Positions 19,643 to 29,222 of a stretch of 64,000 bases of DNA are shown here, one piece after another. The DNA is from Clostridiales bacterium. GTDB taxonomy: Bacteria; Bacillota; Clostridia; Christensenellales; CAG-138. Position 1 is the stretch's first letter. Each line of letters begins with the position of its first letter. A program made the translations under genes and the position numbers. The notes beneath the pieces are model-generated. The model was not told the origin of the DNA and made no database searches. It saw nothing but the letters and a program-made list of their open reading frames with translations. The stretch is from positions 4,194 to 68,193 of the forward strand of contig DUPG01000010.1 in the NCBI GenBank assembly GCA_012838425.1. Reading direction: 5' to 3'.

Positions 19643-20722
19643 ATGTACCCAAGATTAGTTATTGATTTGCCTAAGCTTGAGAACAACCTGAATTATCTCA
19701 TAAGCCTTTGCCATTCAAAAGGCTTGACTTGCGCCATTGTTACCAAGGTTTTTTGCGCAGATGAAAAAATAGTCGAGCTTATCAATAATTCAAAAGCCGA
19801 TATTATAGCAGATTCGCGCTTAATCAATCTTAGACGCGTAAAAACAGCTAAGCCCAAGTTATTGCTTAGGATTTCCGCATTGAGTGAAATCAACGAGGTG
19901 TTGGAATTTTCCGATATATCGCTTCAAAGCGAAATTGCAACAATCAACAAGTTAGGCGAAGCGGCAGAGGGCAGAGCAAATAAGCATAAGGTCGTTTTAA
20001 TGATAGATTTAGGCGACTTGCGCGAGGGTATATTCTTCGAAAATGAAGAAGGTATCAGAGCAGCCGCGGAAGCAGTCCTAAAATACAAGAATTTAGAGCT
20101 GTACGGAATTGGCACAAATCTAACATGCTATGGCGGAATACTGCCCGACGAGAAAAACCTTTCTGTGCTTGTCGGCATAGCAAAAATGCTGCGTGAGAGG
20201 TACTCAATTGAAATGCCTTTTGTTTCGGGCGGCAACTCCTCAACGCTTGAATTCTTGAAGTCGGGCGGAGTTCCCAAGGGCATTACGAATCTGCGCTTGG
20301 GTGAATCCTTCGTACTGGGTAAAGACACAGCTGTATGTGAAGTTATGGAAGGCATGTACGGCGACGCGATTACATTAGAGGCGGAGCTTGTAGAGATTCA
20401 AACAAAGCCCAGCAAGCCCATTGGCACAACCGGCAGAAATGCTTTCGGCGAGGAAGTGTTCATAGAGGACAAGGGCATAATGCGCAGGGGAATACTTGGC
20501 ATAGGCAGACAAGACACGAATTCTGACGGTTTGGAGTTCGTAAATAATTCCTCTGAAAAATATATTAGCGTTATCGGCGCGTCATCTGACCATTTGTTGG
20601 TTGACTTAACTCATGCAGAATTATACAATGTTGGCGATGTCCTGCGTTTTACTATGGATTATGGTGCAGTCCTCCGCGGCTTCACCAGCGAATATGTAGG
20701 CAGGAAATATAAAATAAGTTAA
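19643..20722 (+). CDS. Alanine/ornithine racemase family PLP enzyme (Orr/YhfX-like)
   Basis: Fold-type III PLP barrel length and layout. AIVTKVF is a candidate PLP-Lys segment. It lacks the AYGHG signature of Alr. Confidence 0.7.
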   Translation: MYPRLVIDLPKLENNLNYLISLCHSKGLTCAIVTKVFCADEKIVELINNSKADIIADSRLINLRRVKTAKPKLLLRISALSEINEVLEFSDISLQSEIATINKLGEAAEGRANKHKVVLMIDLGDLREGIFFENEEGIRAAAEAVLKYKNLELYGIGTNLTCYGGILPDEKNLSVLVGIAKMLRERYSIEMPFVSGGNSSTLEFLKSGGVPKGITNLRLGESFVLGKDTAVCEVMEGMYGDAITLEAELVEIQTKPSKPIGTTGRNAFGEEVFIEDKGIMRRGILGIGRQDTNSDGLEFVNNSSEKYISVIGASSDHLLVDLTHAELYNVGDVLRFTMDYGAVLRGFTSEYVGRKYKIS

Positions 20723-20743
20723 TCGTAAAGGAAGGAGAGAAAA

Positions 20744-21736
20744 ATGCCAGTTAATCTTAAAGGCAGACATTTTCTGACACTGAAGGATTTTACACCTGAA
20801 GAAATCCGTTACTTGCTCGACTTAGCACATGATCTTAAGCGCAATAAGCGCGCAGGCGTTCGCTCAAACCTTTTGGCAGGCAAGAACATAGTTCTTCTTT
20901 TTGACAAGACTTCGACCCGCACACGCTGCGCATTCGAAGTAGCCGCTTTTGATGAAGGCGCGCATGTTACATTCCTGCAAAACAGCCAAATGGGCAAGAA
21001 GGAATCGCTTGAGGACACAGCGAAGGTTCTTGGCAGATTCTATGACGGTATTGAGTATCGCGGCTTCACACAGGAAACCGTTGAGCTGCTTGCCAAGTAC
21101 GCAGGTGTTCCCGTTTGGAATGGCTTGACTGACTTGTACCATCCCACACAGGTTTTGGCAGACTTCATGACCATTGAGGAGCATGTTTATAAGCCCTTGA
21201 ACAAGGTTAAGCTCGTATATGTAGGCGACGCAAGAAATAACATGGGCAATTCCTTGATGATAGGTTCGGCAAAAATGGGTTTGGACTTCGTGTCTATCGC
21301 TCCTAAGTCGCTTTTCCCCGATGAGAAGCTGGTTGCTGAAATGAGAGAGCTCGCAAAGACTACCGGCGGTTCAATTACGCTTTCAGAGGATATTAAGGAT
21401 GTAAAGGGCGCTGATGTAATCTACACCGATGTGTGGGTATCTATGGGCGAGGAAGCGCATTTTGAAGAGCGCATTAAGCTGCTTTCGCCTTACAGGGTAG
21501 ATATGAACATGATTAAGCTGACGGGCAATCCCGAAGTAGTATTCTTGCATTGTCTGCCCTCATTCCATGACCTTGAAACTACTGTCGGCAAGGAGATTTA
21601 CGAGAAGTTCGGTATCAAGGAAATGGAAGTATCCGACGAAGTATTCCGCTCGAAGCACTCAAAGGTATTTGACGAAGCAGAGAACAGAATGCACACCATA
21701 AAGGCTGTTATGGTAGCGACTATAGGCAATCAATAA
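20744..21736 (+). CDS. argF: Ornithine carbamoyltransferase
   Basis: [13 protein letters not shown] and HCLP motifs. 330 aa. Confidence 0.93.
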   Translation: MPVNLKGRHFLTLKDFTPEEIRYLLDLAHDLKRNKRAGVRSNLLAGKNIVLLFDKTSTRTRCAFEVAAFDEGAHVTFLQNSQMGKKESLEDTAKVLGRFYDGIEYRGFTQETVELLAKYAGVPVWNGLTDLYHPTQVLADFMTIEEHVYKPLNKVKLVYVGDARNNMGNSLMIGSAKMGLDFVSIAPKSLFPDEKLVAEMRELAKTTGGSITLSEDIKDVKGADVIYTDVWVSMGEEAHFEERIKLLSPYRVDMNMIKLTGNPEVVFLHCLPSFHDLETTVGKEIYEKFGIKEMEVSDEVFRSKHSKVFDEAENRMHTIKAVMVATIGNQ

Positions 21737-21752
21737 TTTTTGCTTAAATTCA

Positions 21753-21787
21753 GGAGCGGCTCAAATTTGAGCCGTTCCTTCGATTTT
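21753..21787 (+). terminator. Rho-independent terminator after argF
   Basis: GGAGCGGCTCA / TGAGCCGTTCC stem followed by TTCGATTTTTT. Confidence 0.7.
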
Positions 21788-21795
21788 TTAGGACT

Positions 21796-22935
21796 ATGAA
21801 AAACGAAATCAAATATAATTCACGCACTTGGGCAGAAATTGATTTTTCTGCATTGAAACACAATCTCACAGTAGCAAGGAATGCGTCTAACCGCCCTGTA
21901 ATGTGTGTTATTAAGGCGAACGCTTACGGTCATGGGGCTGTAGAGTGCGGCAGATACTTGCAAGACAATGGCGCCGCTGCTTTTGCGGTAGCATGTATTG
22001 ATGAAGCTATTGAGCTGCGCGAAAACGGAATACACCTTCCAATACTGATATTGGGCTATACGAGCAGCGAATTCGCGCCTTTGCTCGCTGAATATGACTT
22101 GATTCAAACAGCTGTTGATTTCTCTCACGCAGAGGAGTTGAACTCAGCAGCAGAAAATGCGAATGTGCGCTTGAAAGTCCATGTAAAAATAGATACCGGC
22201 ATGGGCAGAGCAGGCATATTAGCGCAGGGGGAGAAGCATATCCCTTCGGCGATAGACTTGGTATGCAGGATATTCGATATGAGCAATCTTGATGTAGAGG
22301 GTATGTATACTCACATGTCCGTTGCTGATACCGAATCTCAAAATGAATACACAAATTGGCAAATAGCTAACTTTGAAAGCGTAAGAGGCGGCGTTGAAGC
22401 ACGCGGAAAACATATTAAGTACTGTCATGCAAGCAATAGCGCAAGCATATTGAACCATAAGCGTGCGCATTTTGATATGGTGCGCGAAGGTATTATGCTA
22501 TATGGGCTGTATCCCGACAGCTTGCCTGTTGAAAACGGAATTCTGAAGCCTGTTATGACCTTGAAAAGCAGAGTAGGGCAGGTAAAGGAGTTTCCCGAAG
22601 GCTCGTCAGTAAGCTATGGCAGAACATTTGAAAGTCATGAAAGACTGCGCACGGCAGTAATAACAGCAGGCTATGCCGACGGCTACCCTCGCAGGTTGAG
22701 TAACAATGCTTTCGTTGTAATAAATGGCAAAAGTTACAATCAAATAGGCCGCGTTTGTATGGATATGATTATGGCAGATATTAAATACGATGAAGTGAAG
22801 CGCGGCGATGAGGTTATACTGTTCGGTAATGGCGGCATGAGCGTTGAAGCGGTTTCGCAAATCGTTGGAACAATAAACTACGAGATAACCTGCCTTGTTA
22901 CTCAGCGAGCAAAACGGCATTATATAAATGGTTAG
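21796..22935 (+). CDS. alr: Alanine racemase
   Basis: VIKANAYGHG PLP-Lys motif and the C-terminal beta domain with GRVCMD. Confidence 0.93.
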   Translation: MKNEIKYNSRTWAEIDFSALKHNLTVARNASNRPVMCVIKANAYGHGAVECGRYLQDNGAAAFAVACIDEAIELRENGIHLPILILGYTSSEFAPLLAEYDLIQTAVDFSHAEELNSAAENANVRLKVHVKIDTGMGRAGILAQGEKHIPSAIDLVCRIFDMSNLDVEGMYTHMSVADTESQNEYTNWQIANFESVRGGVEARGKHIKYCHASNSASILNHKRAHFDMVREGIMLYGLYPDSLPVENGILKPVMTLKSRVGQVKEFPEGSSVSYGRTFESHERLRTAVITAGYADGYPRRLSNNAFVVINGKSYNQIGRVCMDMIMADIKYDEVKRGDEVILFGNGGMSVEAVSQIVGTINYEITCLVTQRAKRHYING

Positions 22936-22950
22936 CAGAGTATCATAAAG

Positions 22951-22975
22951 GGCGGCTGCGATAGCCGCCTTTTTA
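22951..22975. terminator. Bidirectional terminator between alr and spoIVB
   Basis: GGCGGCT-GCGAT-AGCCGCC hairpin flanked by AAA/TTTTT. It abuts the spoIVB stop. Confidence 0.7.
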
Positions 22976-24253
22976 TCCCATCAGTTCCGCCATCCAGTAT
23001 GCGTACATACAGTAGCCCCTCTCGGGGTCATTTATCATAACGTGAGTAACCACACCTATAATTTTGCCGTTCTGAATTATAGGGCTGCCGCTCATGCCCT
23101 GCACAATTCCGCCTGTTTTCTCCAACAGTCGCGAATCGGTAATCTCAATAACAAAACCTTTTGATTCCGCTTTGCTTTGTGAAAACAGCTTAGTAACCTT
23201 GCATTCGTATTCGCCTATTGCAGAATCGTCAAGCGTGGTGAGTATAGTCGCCTTGCCTACACGCACTTCATTAGGAAAAGCCACAGGCAAGGGCTTGTCG
23301 TAAGCGGAGAGACTGTCGAAGTCTGTATCACTGTAAAGCGTACCATATACTCCAAACTCGCAGTTAGTTCTTATAGAACCAAAGCGCGTAGAGCTTGAAC
23401 CAAAGGTTCCTAATAGCTCGCCGGCTTCACCAACTTCGCCTTTTATTATGTCAACTATCTCACATTCGGTAATCTCGCCGCTTTTTACATCAAAAACTGT
23501 GCTCGTGTCAATATCCATAATGGCATGTCCGAGCGCCGCGTAGCTCAAGGTGTTTGGGTCAAAAAATGAAATAGTTCCTATGCCTGCTGTGCTGTCGCGC
23601 ACCCACATTCCAAGCTTGTATTGCTCTTCGCGCGGGTCGTATGCGGCTTTAAGGCTGATTTTTACTGTGCTCTTGTTTCTTTGTATTGTTAGCGTAACTT
23701 GTCCATTCGAAGCATTGCATATATTGACCAAGTTGTCTGTGTTGTAAATTTCAGTACCGTTTGCTTCTATTATTACATCGCCTGCTGTTATTCCGGCACC
23801 AGCTGCAGGAGAGGGTATGCTCTTGATTGTACCGTCGCTCAAGGTAGTTGTAATATCGCTTGTGCCAACTACTAATATTCCTTTAGAATGCAGCGCAATT
23901 CCAATACTTTGTCCGCAGGGAATTAGGTAATGGTTGCTTTTCGTGTAAAAGAAAACTGTTTTTACAGGAATTATTCCGAACAGCTCAACCGTTGCTGTGG
24001 TTCTATGTCGGTTCAGCGATTCGTCTATGCTTCCTGAAACCGTTTGCGTATCGTTGTTAAGCTTGTAGTAAAATGGGGCGGGAAGCGAGGAAAAGAAGTC
24101 GGCTTTTTGCGTATCAGAATCAAGATAGACAACATTCGGGATACTGCTTAGCACCTGCATAGCAGGCGAGAAGTTGAAAAGCACCATGAATAAGCACAGT
24201 ACTATTCCTATAGCTTTGATAATTGAGCTTTTTTGCCAATTGAATCTTCTCAT
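22973..24253 (-). CDS. spoIVB: SpoIVB peptidase (S55)
   Basis: N-terminal helix, a PDZ region, GIGTISFFDP...YAALGHAI and GMSGSPI serine-protease motifs. ATG 24253 has an AGGGG SD. Lies downstream of recN as in other Firmicutes. Confidence 0.87.
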   Translation of the reverse strand: MRRFNWQKSSIIKAIGIVLCLFMVLFNFSPAMQVLSSIPNVVYLDSDTQKADFFSSLPAPFYYKLNNDTQTVSGSIDESLNRHRTTATVELFGIIPVKTVFFYTKSNHYLIPCGQSIGIALHSKGILVVGTSDITTTLSDGTIKSIPSPAAGAGITAGDVIIEANGTEIYNTDNLVNICNASNGQVTLTIQRNKSTVKISLKAAYDPREEQYKLGMWVRDSTAGIGTISFFDPNTLSYAALGHAIMDIDTSTVFDVKSGEITECEIVDIIKGEVGEAGELLGTFGSSSTRFGSIRTNCEFGVYGTLYSDTDFDSLSAYDKPLPVAFPNEVRVGKATILTTLDDSAIGEYECKVTKLFSQSKAESKGFVIEITDSRLLEKTGGIVQGMSGSPIIQNGKIIGVVTHVMINDPERGYCMYAYWMAELMG

Positions 24254-24365
24254 AAACACCCCTAATAGCAGCATAACACAAAAGTAATGGTGTTATTATT
24301 ACCATAGTACAGGCTTGAATATTCTATTGCTAATGATAATAAAATAGTATATTGTCAAGAATTGA

Positions 24366-26060
24366 CTATTTTGCTCTGGCTTCTTTTATCATAGCAGCGG
24401 CATGCATTAAAGAGGTTTCTTTCGTACCGCCTAATATTCTTGCAATTTCCTTGCAATGCTCATCGTCGTTTAACAGGGTAATAGTGCTGTTTGTAGCATC
24501 ATCAGTTTGAGTCTTGGTTACCAAATAGTGATAATCAGAAAATGCTGCAATCTGGGGCAGGTGAGTAATAGCGATAATCTGCTTGCTTCTTGAAATTGAG
24601 TGCATTTTTTCGCCTACAACCATTGCTGTATTACCGCTGATGCCTGTGTCTATCTCGTCGAATATCATCAATGAAATGTCCTCGCAATCAGTAAGCACAG
24701 ATTTTAGCGCAAGCATTATGCGCGATACCTCGCCGCCGGAAGCAACCTTCGACAGCGGTTTCTCAGGCTCACCCGGATTGGTTGTAAGCATAAATTCAAC
24801 ATTGTCTATTCCGTTCGGGTGTGGCTCTTCATCGCCCAACGGCTCGAATTTTACGGAGAATTTCGCTTTTTCTAAGCCTAAATCGGCTAACTCTTTCAAA
24901 ACACTTTGGCTAAACACTTCAGCGGCCTGCTTTCTAAGCTCAGACAGCTTGTTTGCCGCTTCAAAATATTGCACTCTGTATTCTTCAAGCTGCTTGTTTA
25001 GCTTTATTCGCCTTTCTTCGCCTGAAAGCAAAGCGTAAAGCTCTTCCTTCGCCTTATTTAAGAAGTCTAATATTACTGAAATGCTGTTGCCGTTCTTGCG
25101 ATTTAACTGACCTATTGCGTGAAGCCTTGCTTCAATCTCCTCAAGCCTGTCTATATCAAATGAAAACGAGTCAACAGTATCGCGTAAGGAATATGTTGAC
25201 GATTCTAATGAATAATATGCTTCATTGAAGCTCTCATATAGCGCATTATATTCATCAGAGTACTTCGATATTTCAGAAAGTGCCCGACAAGCCTCTTTTA
25301 TTGCATACAGCGCACCGTGTTCCGCGTCAGTTATAAGCTCTGATACGGTGCTTAACTGGCGAAGAACATGCTCGCCATTCGCTAAAATGTTGCGCTCGGC
25401 TTCTAATCTCTCGTCCTCGCCGTCCTCAAGCTTCATGGATTCGATTTCGTTAATCTGATAGGTGAGCATATCTATCTTTCTCTCGCGCTCTTCTTCAGAA
25501 ATAAAGCCGCTCAGCAGTTCTTGCTTTGTATTCTTGTAGCTTTCGTATGCGCTCTTAACAATGCTTTTTACATCAATCAACTCTTTTGAAGCGAATGCGT
25601 CCAAATACGCAATATGCCGCTTTGAGTTTAACAACGCTTGGTGTTCATGCTGCCCATGCAAATCGACTATATGCTCGGTTATCGCTTTTAGTATCGCAGC
25701 ATTGGTCATCAAACCGTTTATTCGGCAAACGCTCTTAATAGTACCCGGACTGTTCTTTGGTATGCTAATCTCGCGTGCAACGGTTATGCTTTCGCCGTCA
25801 TAGTCAATTTCTTCCTGCTCTAATATCTGCTTTACTGCCTCGTTAGCTGAAATATCGAAAGTTGCTTCAACAACAGCCTTAGATTCGCCATGCTTAATAA
25901 GCTCAATGCTTGCACGCTCTCCAAGCGCAAGGCTTATCGAATCCAACAGAATAGACTTGCCCGCGCCGGTTTCGCCGGTGATTATGTTCAAGCCCTTGTT
26001 AAAGTCTATTTGAACTTCATCAATCAAAGCTATGTTCTTTATTACAAGCCTTGTAAGCAT
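24366..26060 (-). CDS. recN: DNA repair protein RecN
   Basis: GETGAGKS Walker A, a long coiled coil, and the C-terminal SGGE signature with FDEID Walker B. Confidence 0.95.
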   Translation of the reverse strand: MLTRLVIKNIALIDEVQIDFNKGLNIITGETGAGKSILLDSISLALGERASIELIKHGESKAVVEATFDISANEAVKQILEQEEIDYDGESITVAREISIPKNSPGTIKSVCRINGLMTNAAILKAITEHIVDLHGQHEHQALLNSKRHIAYLDAFASKELIDVKSIVKSAYESYKNTKQELLSGFISEEERERKIDMLTYQINEIESMKLEDGEDERLEAERNILANGEHVLRQLSTVSELITDAEHGALYAIKEACRALSEISKYSDEYNALYESFNEAYYSLESSTYSLRDTVDSFSFDIDRLEEIEARLHAIGQLNRKNGNSISVILDFLNKAKEELYALLSGEERRIKLNKQLEEYRVQYFEAANKLSELRKQAAEVFSQSVLKELADLGLEKAKFSVKFEPLGDEEPHPNGIDNVEFMLTTNPGEPEKPLSKVASGGEVSRIMLALKSVLTDCEDISLMIFDEIDTGISGNTAMVVGEKMHSISRSKQIIAITHLPQIAAFSDYHYLVTKTQTDDATNSTITLLNDDEHCKEIARILGGTKETSLMHAAAMIKEARAK

Positions 26061-26062
26061 AA

Positions 26063-26533
26063 TTACCTCGTGTTGTTCTTAGCTATTACTTCTTCTAATT
26101 GTTCCTTAACCAATTTGCTTTCGTTTTCGCCCTTAGTCGCTATGAATAAAGTGTCATAGCCTGCAACGCTTCCTAAGATTTTTAAGTACTTTATGCTGTC
26201 TAACGCCTTTGCTACCATAGTTGCTGCGCCCGGCAGAGTTTTCACAACTACCAGATTACCAGCAGGCACTATAGAGGTTACCGAGCTTGCAAACAGCGAC
26301 TTGTACGATGATGTGTTTTTGCTGTGCTGCTTTGTATCGGCAATAGCATAGCGATAGGATATACCGTTATCGGATAGCACCTTTACGAGCTTCAGCTCTT
26401 TAATATCGCGAGAAACTGTGGTTTGTGTTACATTGAAACCACAGCTTCTTAAATGCTCTGCCAATTCCTTCTGTGTCTCAATGTTGACCGATTCGATAAT
26501 CTCGATAATCTTTTTTTGTCTTGCGTTCCTCAT
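26063..26533 (-). CDS. argR: Arginine repressor
   Basis: Winged-helix N-domain (TQTTVSRDIKEL) and a C-terminal oligomerisation domain (GTIAGDDT-like AGYDTLFI). Confidence 0.9.
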   Translation of the reverse strand: MRNARQKKIIEIIESVNIETQKELAEHLRSCGFNVTQTTVSRDIKELKLVKVLSDNGISYRYAIADTKQHSKNTSSYKSLFASSVTSIVPAGNLVVVKTLPGAATMVAKALDSIKYLKILGSVAGYDTLFIATKGENESKLVKEQLEEVIAKNNTR

Positions 26534-26546
26534 AATTAGGCGTCCT

Positions 26547-27410
26547 TTATGTTAGCTTTTCTCTAATTAGCGAATAGATGTTCTTATTGTTCAATTCTAT
26601 AAAGTCGCAAGTGCGCGTTGACTTCGTAATAGTTACTCTTTCGTTCTTTTTCAGAGAGCGAATTACGGTGCCGTCAGAGGCGAAGCACCCGTCGCTATGC
26701 ACAGTTAGTTCTATTTTGGAGTCGCAGCCTGCAACAATAGGTCGAAAAGCTAATGAATGAGGACAAATGGGCGTGATTATTATTACATCAAGCCCCGGGG
26801 AGATAACCGGCCCGCCAGCTGAAATAGAATATGCGGTAGCACCGGTAGGACTGCTTACAACAAGCCCGTCGCAGAACACTCTGCCAGCATATACGCCGTT
26901 AATCTCAATACCCACATCTGCAATTTCTGTAAATGAAGATTTATAGACGGTGAAGTCGTTTAAGCTGTCGTAGCTGTTGCCTAAATCGACACAGTTAAGC
27001 ATCATGCGCTTGTTCAGCTTGTAATCGCCTATACATATTCTTTTTAATGCGGATTCGAACTCGTCAATTTCTATTTCGTTCAAGAAGCCCACACGCCCCA
27101 TATTTATTCCAAGCAGGGGAACGCCTTTTGCGCTTGCGTACTTCGAAGCCATAAGCATTGTGCCGTCGCCGCCAACAGCGACAACAAAGTCTATATCGTT
27201 TTCTTCAATGTCAGAAAACTCCACTGAGGGATTGCTTATATATTTAGGCGAGCTTGCTAAGCCAATATTGTGCTTTTCGAGTATATGCGCAATTCTTTCT
27301 AAGCCAATGGAAGCACCGCCCTTGTCAGGCTTGCAGATAAGACCTATTCTATTGTGCTTCAGCGCATACATAGAATTATTATAAACGCAGTTAAATATAA
27401 ATTCAAGCAT
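26547..27410 (-). CDS. nadK: NAD kinase
   Basis: GGDGT motif (VAVGGDGTML) and the NE/ATAYSxSAGGP region. The start is uncertain (ATG 27410 or 27371), and neither has a clear SD. Confidence 0.88.
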   Translation of the reverse strand: MLEFIFNCVYNNSMYALKHNRIGLICKPDKGGASIGLERIAHILEKHNIGLASSPKYISNPSVEFSDIEENDIDFVVAVGGDGTMLMASKYASAKGVPLLGINMGRVGFLNEIEIDEFESALKRICIGDYKLNKRMMLNCVDLGNSYDSLNDFTVYKSSFTEIADVGIEINGVYAGRVFCDGLVVSSPTGATAYSISAGGPVISPGLDVIIITPICPHSLAFRPIVAGCDSKIELTVHSDGCFASDGTVIRSLKKNERVTITKSTRTCDFIELNNKNIYSLIREKLT

Positions 27411-27523
27411 ACCGACATATATTCAAGGATTGAAAATAAGCAAATAATATGTTAAAATGCTTTAATGAAATATTTGCTAGTTTTCATAAACGCAGCAAGC
27501 TAATATACATTTTAGGAGGAATT

Positions 27524-28711
27524 ATGATTAAAGATGTTGTTCTTGTTGGTGCAGTTAGAACTGCTATCGGCTCATTCGGCGGAATGTTGAAGAATACACC
27601 TGTTACTGAGCTCGGCGCTATTGTTATTAAAGAAGCTTTGAAGCGTGCAAATGTACCTGCAGAGGCTGTTGACGAAGTCATTATGGGTTGCGTTTTACAG
27701 GCAGGCTTGGGGCAGAATGTTGCGCGTCAGGCAGCAATAAAGGCGGGAATTCCTGATTCTGTTCCTGCTATGACATTGAACAATGTTTGCGGCTCTGGCC
27801 TAAAAGCCATAAATTTAGCTGCTTCTATGATACAAGCCGGCGAAGCTGATGTTATAGTCGCAGGCGGTATGGAGAATATGAGCGCGACGCCGTATCTTAT
27901 TCCCAATGCGCGTTACGGCTATCGTATGAGCATGCCTACTGCTTCAATAGTAGATTCAATGGTTAATGACGGGCTTTGGGACGCGTTCAATAACTATCAT
28001 ATGGGAATTACAGCAGAGAATGTAGCTGAAAAATACGGCATAACACGCGAAGAACAAGACGAATTCGCTTTATCAAGCCAGTTGAAGTGCCAAAAGGCTC
28101 AAAACGAAGGCAAGTTTGACGATGAGATAGTACCTGTTCTTGTAAAAGAGAAGAAGGAAGTTATAGAGTTCAAGAAGGATGAGCATCCCCGTCCTAATGC
28201 AACGATCGAAGGCTTGAAGAAGCTATCCCCTGCGTTCAAGCCTGATGGCACTGTTACTGCTGGCTCGGCATCAGGCATAAATGACGGCGCAGCTGCAATA
28301 GTGGTAATGAGCGCAGAAAAAGCGAATGAGCTTGGAGTTACCCCCATGGCGAAAATAGTTGCGTACGCTTCGGCAGGCGTTGACCCGAAAATCATGGGCA
28401 TTGGTCCGGTCGAAAGCACGAAGAAGGCATTGAAGCTTGCAGGCATGGCAATTTCAGACATAGATTTAGTAGAAGCCAACGAAGCGTTCGCGGCACAGGC
28501 TTTGGCTGTTGCGCGTGAATTGAAGCTTGACCCTGAAAAGGTTAATGTAAACGGCGGCGCAATCGCGTTAGGACATCCGATAGGCGCGTCCGGTTGCCGC
28601 ATACTCGTTACTCTGCTGCACGAGCTCAAGCGCAGCGGTAAGAAAATCGGCTTGGCTACATTGTGCGTAGGCGGAGGCATGGGCGTTTCGACAATCGTAG
28701 AAAGTATGTAA
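27524..28711 (+). CDS. Acetyl-CoA C-acetyltransferase (thiolase II)
   Basis: Active-site [15 protein letters not shown] and GHPIGASG motifs, with CVGGGMG at the C-terminus. ATG 27524 follows AGGAGG. The ORF-track N-extension was rejected. Confidence 0.95.
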   Translation: MIKDVVLVGAVRTAIGSFGGMLKNTPVTELGAIVIKEALKRANVPAEAVDEVIMGCVLQAGLGQNVARQAAIKAGIPDSVPAMTLNNVCGSGLKAINLAASMIQAGEADVIVAGGMENMSATPYLIPNARYGYRMSMPTASIVDSMVNDGLWDAFNNYHMGITAENVAEKYGITREEQDEFALSSQLKCQKAQNEGKFDDEIVPVLVKEKKEVIEFKKDEHPRPNATIEGLKKLSPAFKPDGTVTAGSASGINDGAAAIVVMSAEKANELGVTPMAKIVAYASAGVDPKIMGIGPVESTKKALKLAGMAISDIDLVEANEAFAAQALAVARELKLDPEKVNVNGGAIALGHPIGASGCRILVTLLHELKRSGKKIGLATLCVGGGMGVSTIVESM

Positions 28712-28739
28712 TATAGAAGGGGGTATCCCTGATATAATC

Positions 28740-29066
28740 ATGAAGAGAGATAGGCTTGGTGAGCGTTTGCTTATCATATACGCACTCAATATCATCGATG
28801 TAATCTATACGATGTACTTTGCCGTGCGCTTTGGTATTCAGATTGAAGCCAACAGTTACGCTCTCAAATTATGGAACAACAACCCCACGCTGCTTGTTGT
28901 ATTCAAGCTGTTTGGGGTTGGGCTGCTTTTAATAGTGATTTATCTGCTTAGAAAGTATAGAGCAGCAGACTTTGCCTCGAAGGTTTTACTTGCGATATAT
29001 GGTATGCTCGTTGTGTATCACATTGTTTTGCTTTTATTGGCTATACAGAATCATGGTTTAGTGTAA
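28740..29066 (+). CDS. Small 3-helix membrane protein, unknown function (DUF5658-like, from memory)
   Basis: 108 aa and hydrophobic. Lies 28 nt after the thiolase stop. Confidence 0.45.
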   Translation: MKRDRLGERLLIIYALNIIDVIYTMYFAVRFGIQIEANSYALKLWNNNPTLLVVFKLFGVGLLLIVIYLLRKYRAADFASKVLLAIYGMLVVYHIVLLLLAIQNHGLV

Positions 29067-29116
29067 TAATATCACAGTTCACAAAGCTTTAATCCAGTGT
29101 TACCATACTAACCTTG

Positions 29117-29145
29117 TTGATTGTAGTTGATATTGTATGTATAAT
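29117..29145 (+). promoter_or_regulatory. Sigma-70-type promoter for lon
   Basis: TTGATT (29117-29122), 17-nt spacer, TATAAT (29140-29145). Confidence 0.5.
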
Positions 29146-29222
29146 TATAATTGAACACTATATAAAGCTACACTGAACAATATTTACAGTTGTTCGGAAC
29201 ATATAAGGAAAAGAGGGATAAT

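Noticed and set aside
28099-28680. Long antisense ORFs inside well-supported genes. Examples: 28099-28680 in the thiolase gene, 13010-13585 in ppdK, 37153-37659 in CoA-transferase B, 8436-8918 in rnfE, 24583-25038 in recN, 248-658 in the decarboxylase gene, and 61024-61281 opposite the pilin ORF.
   Set aside because: They lie opposite genes with strong motif support, lack SD sequences, and have low-complexity Ser/Pro/Ala-rich translations typical of shadow frames.
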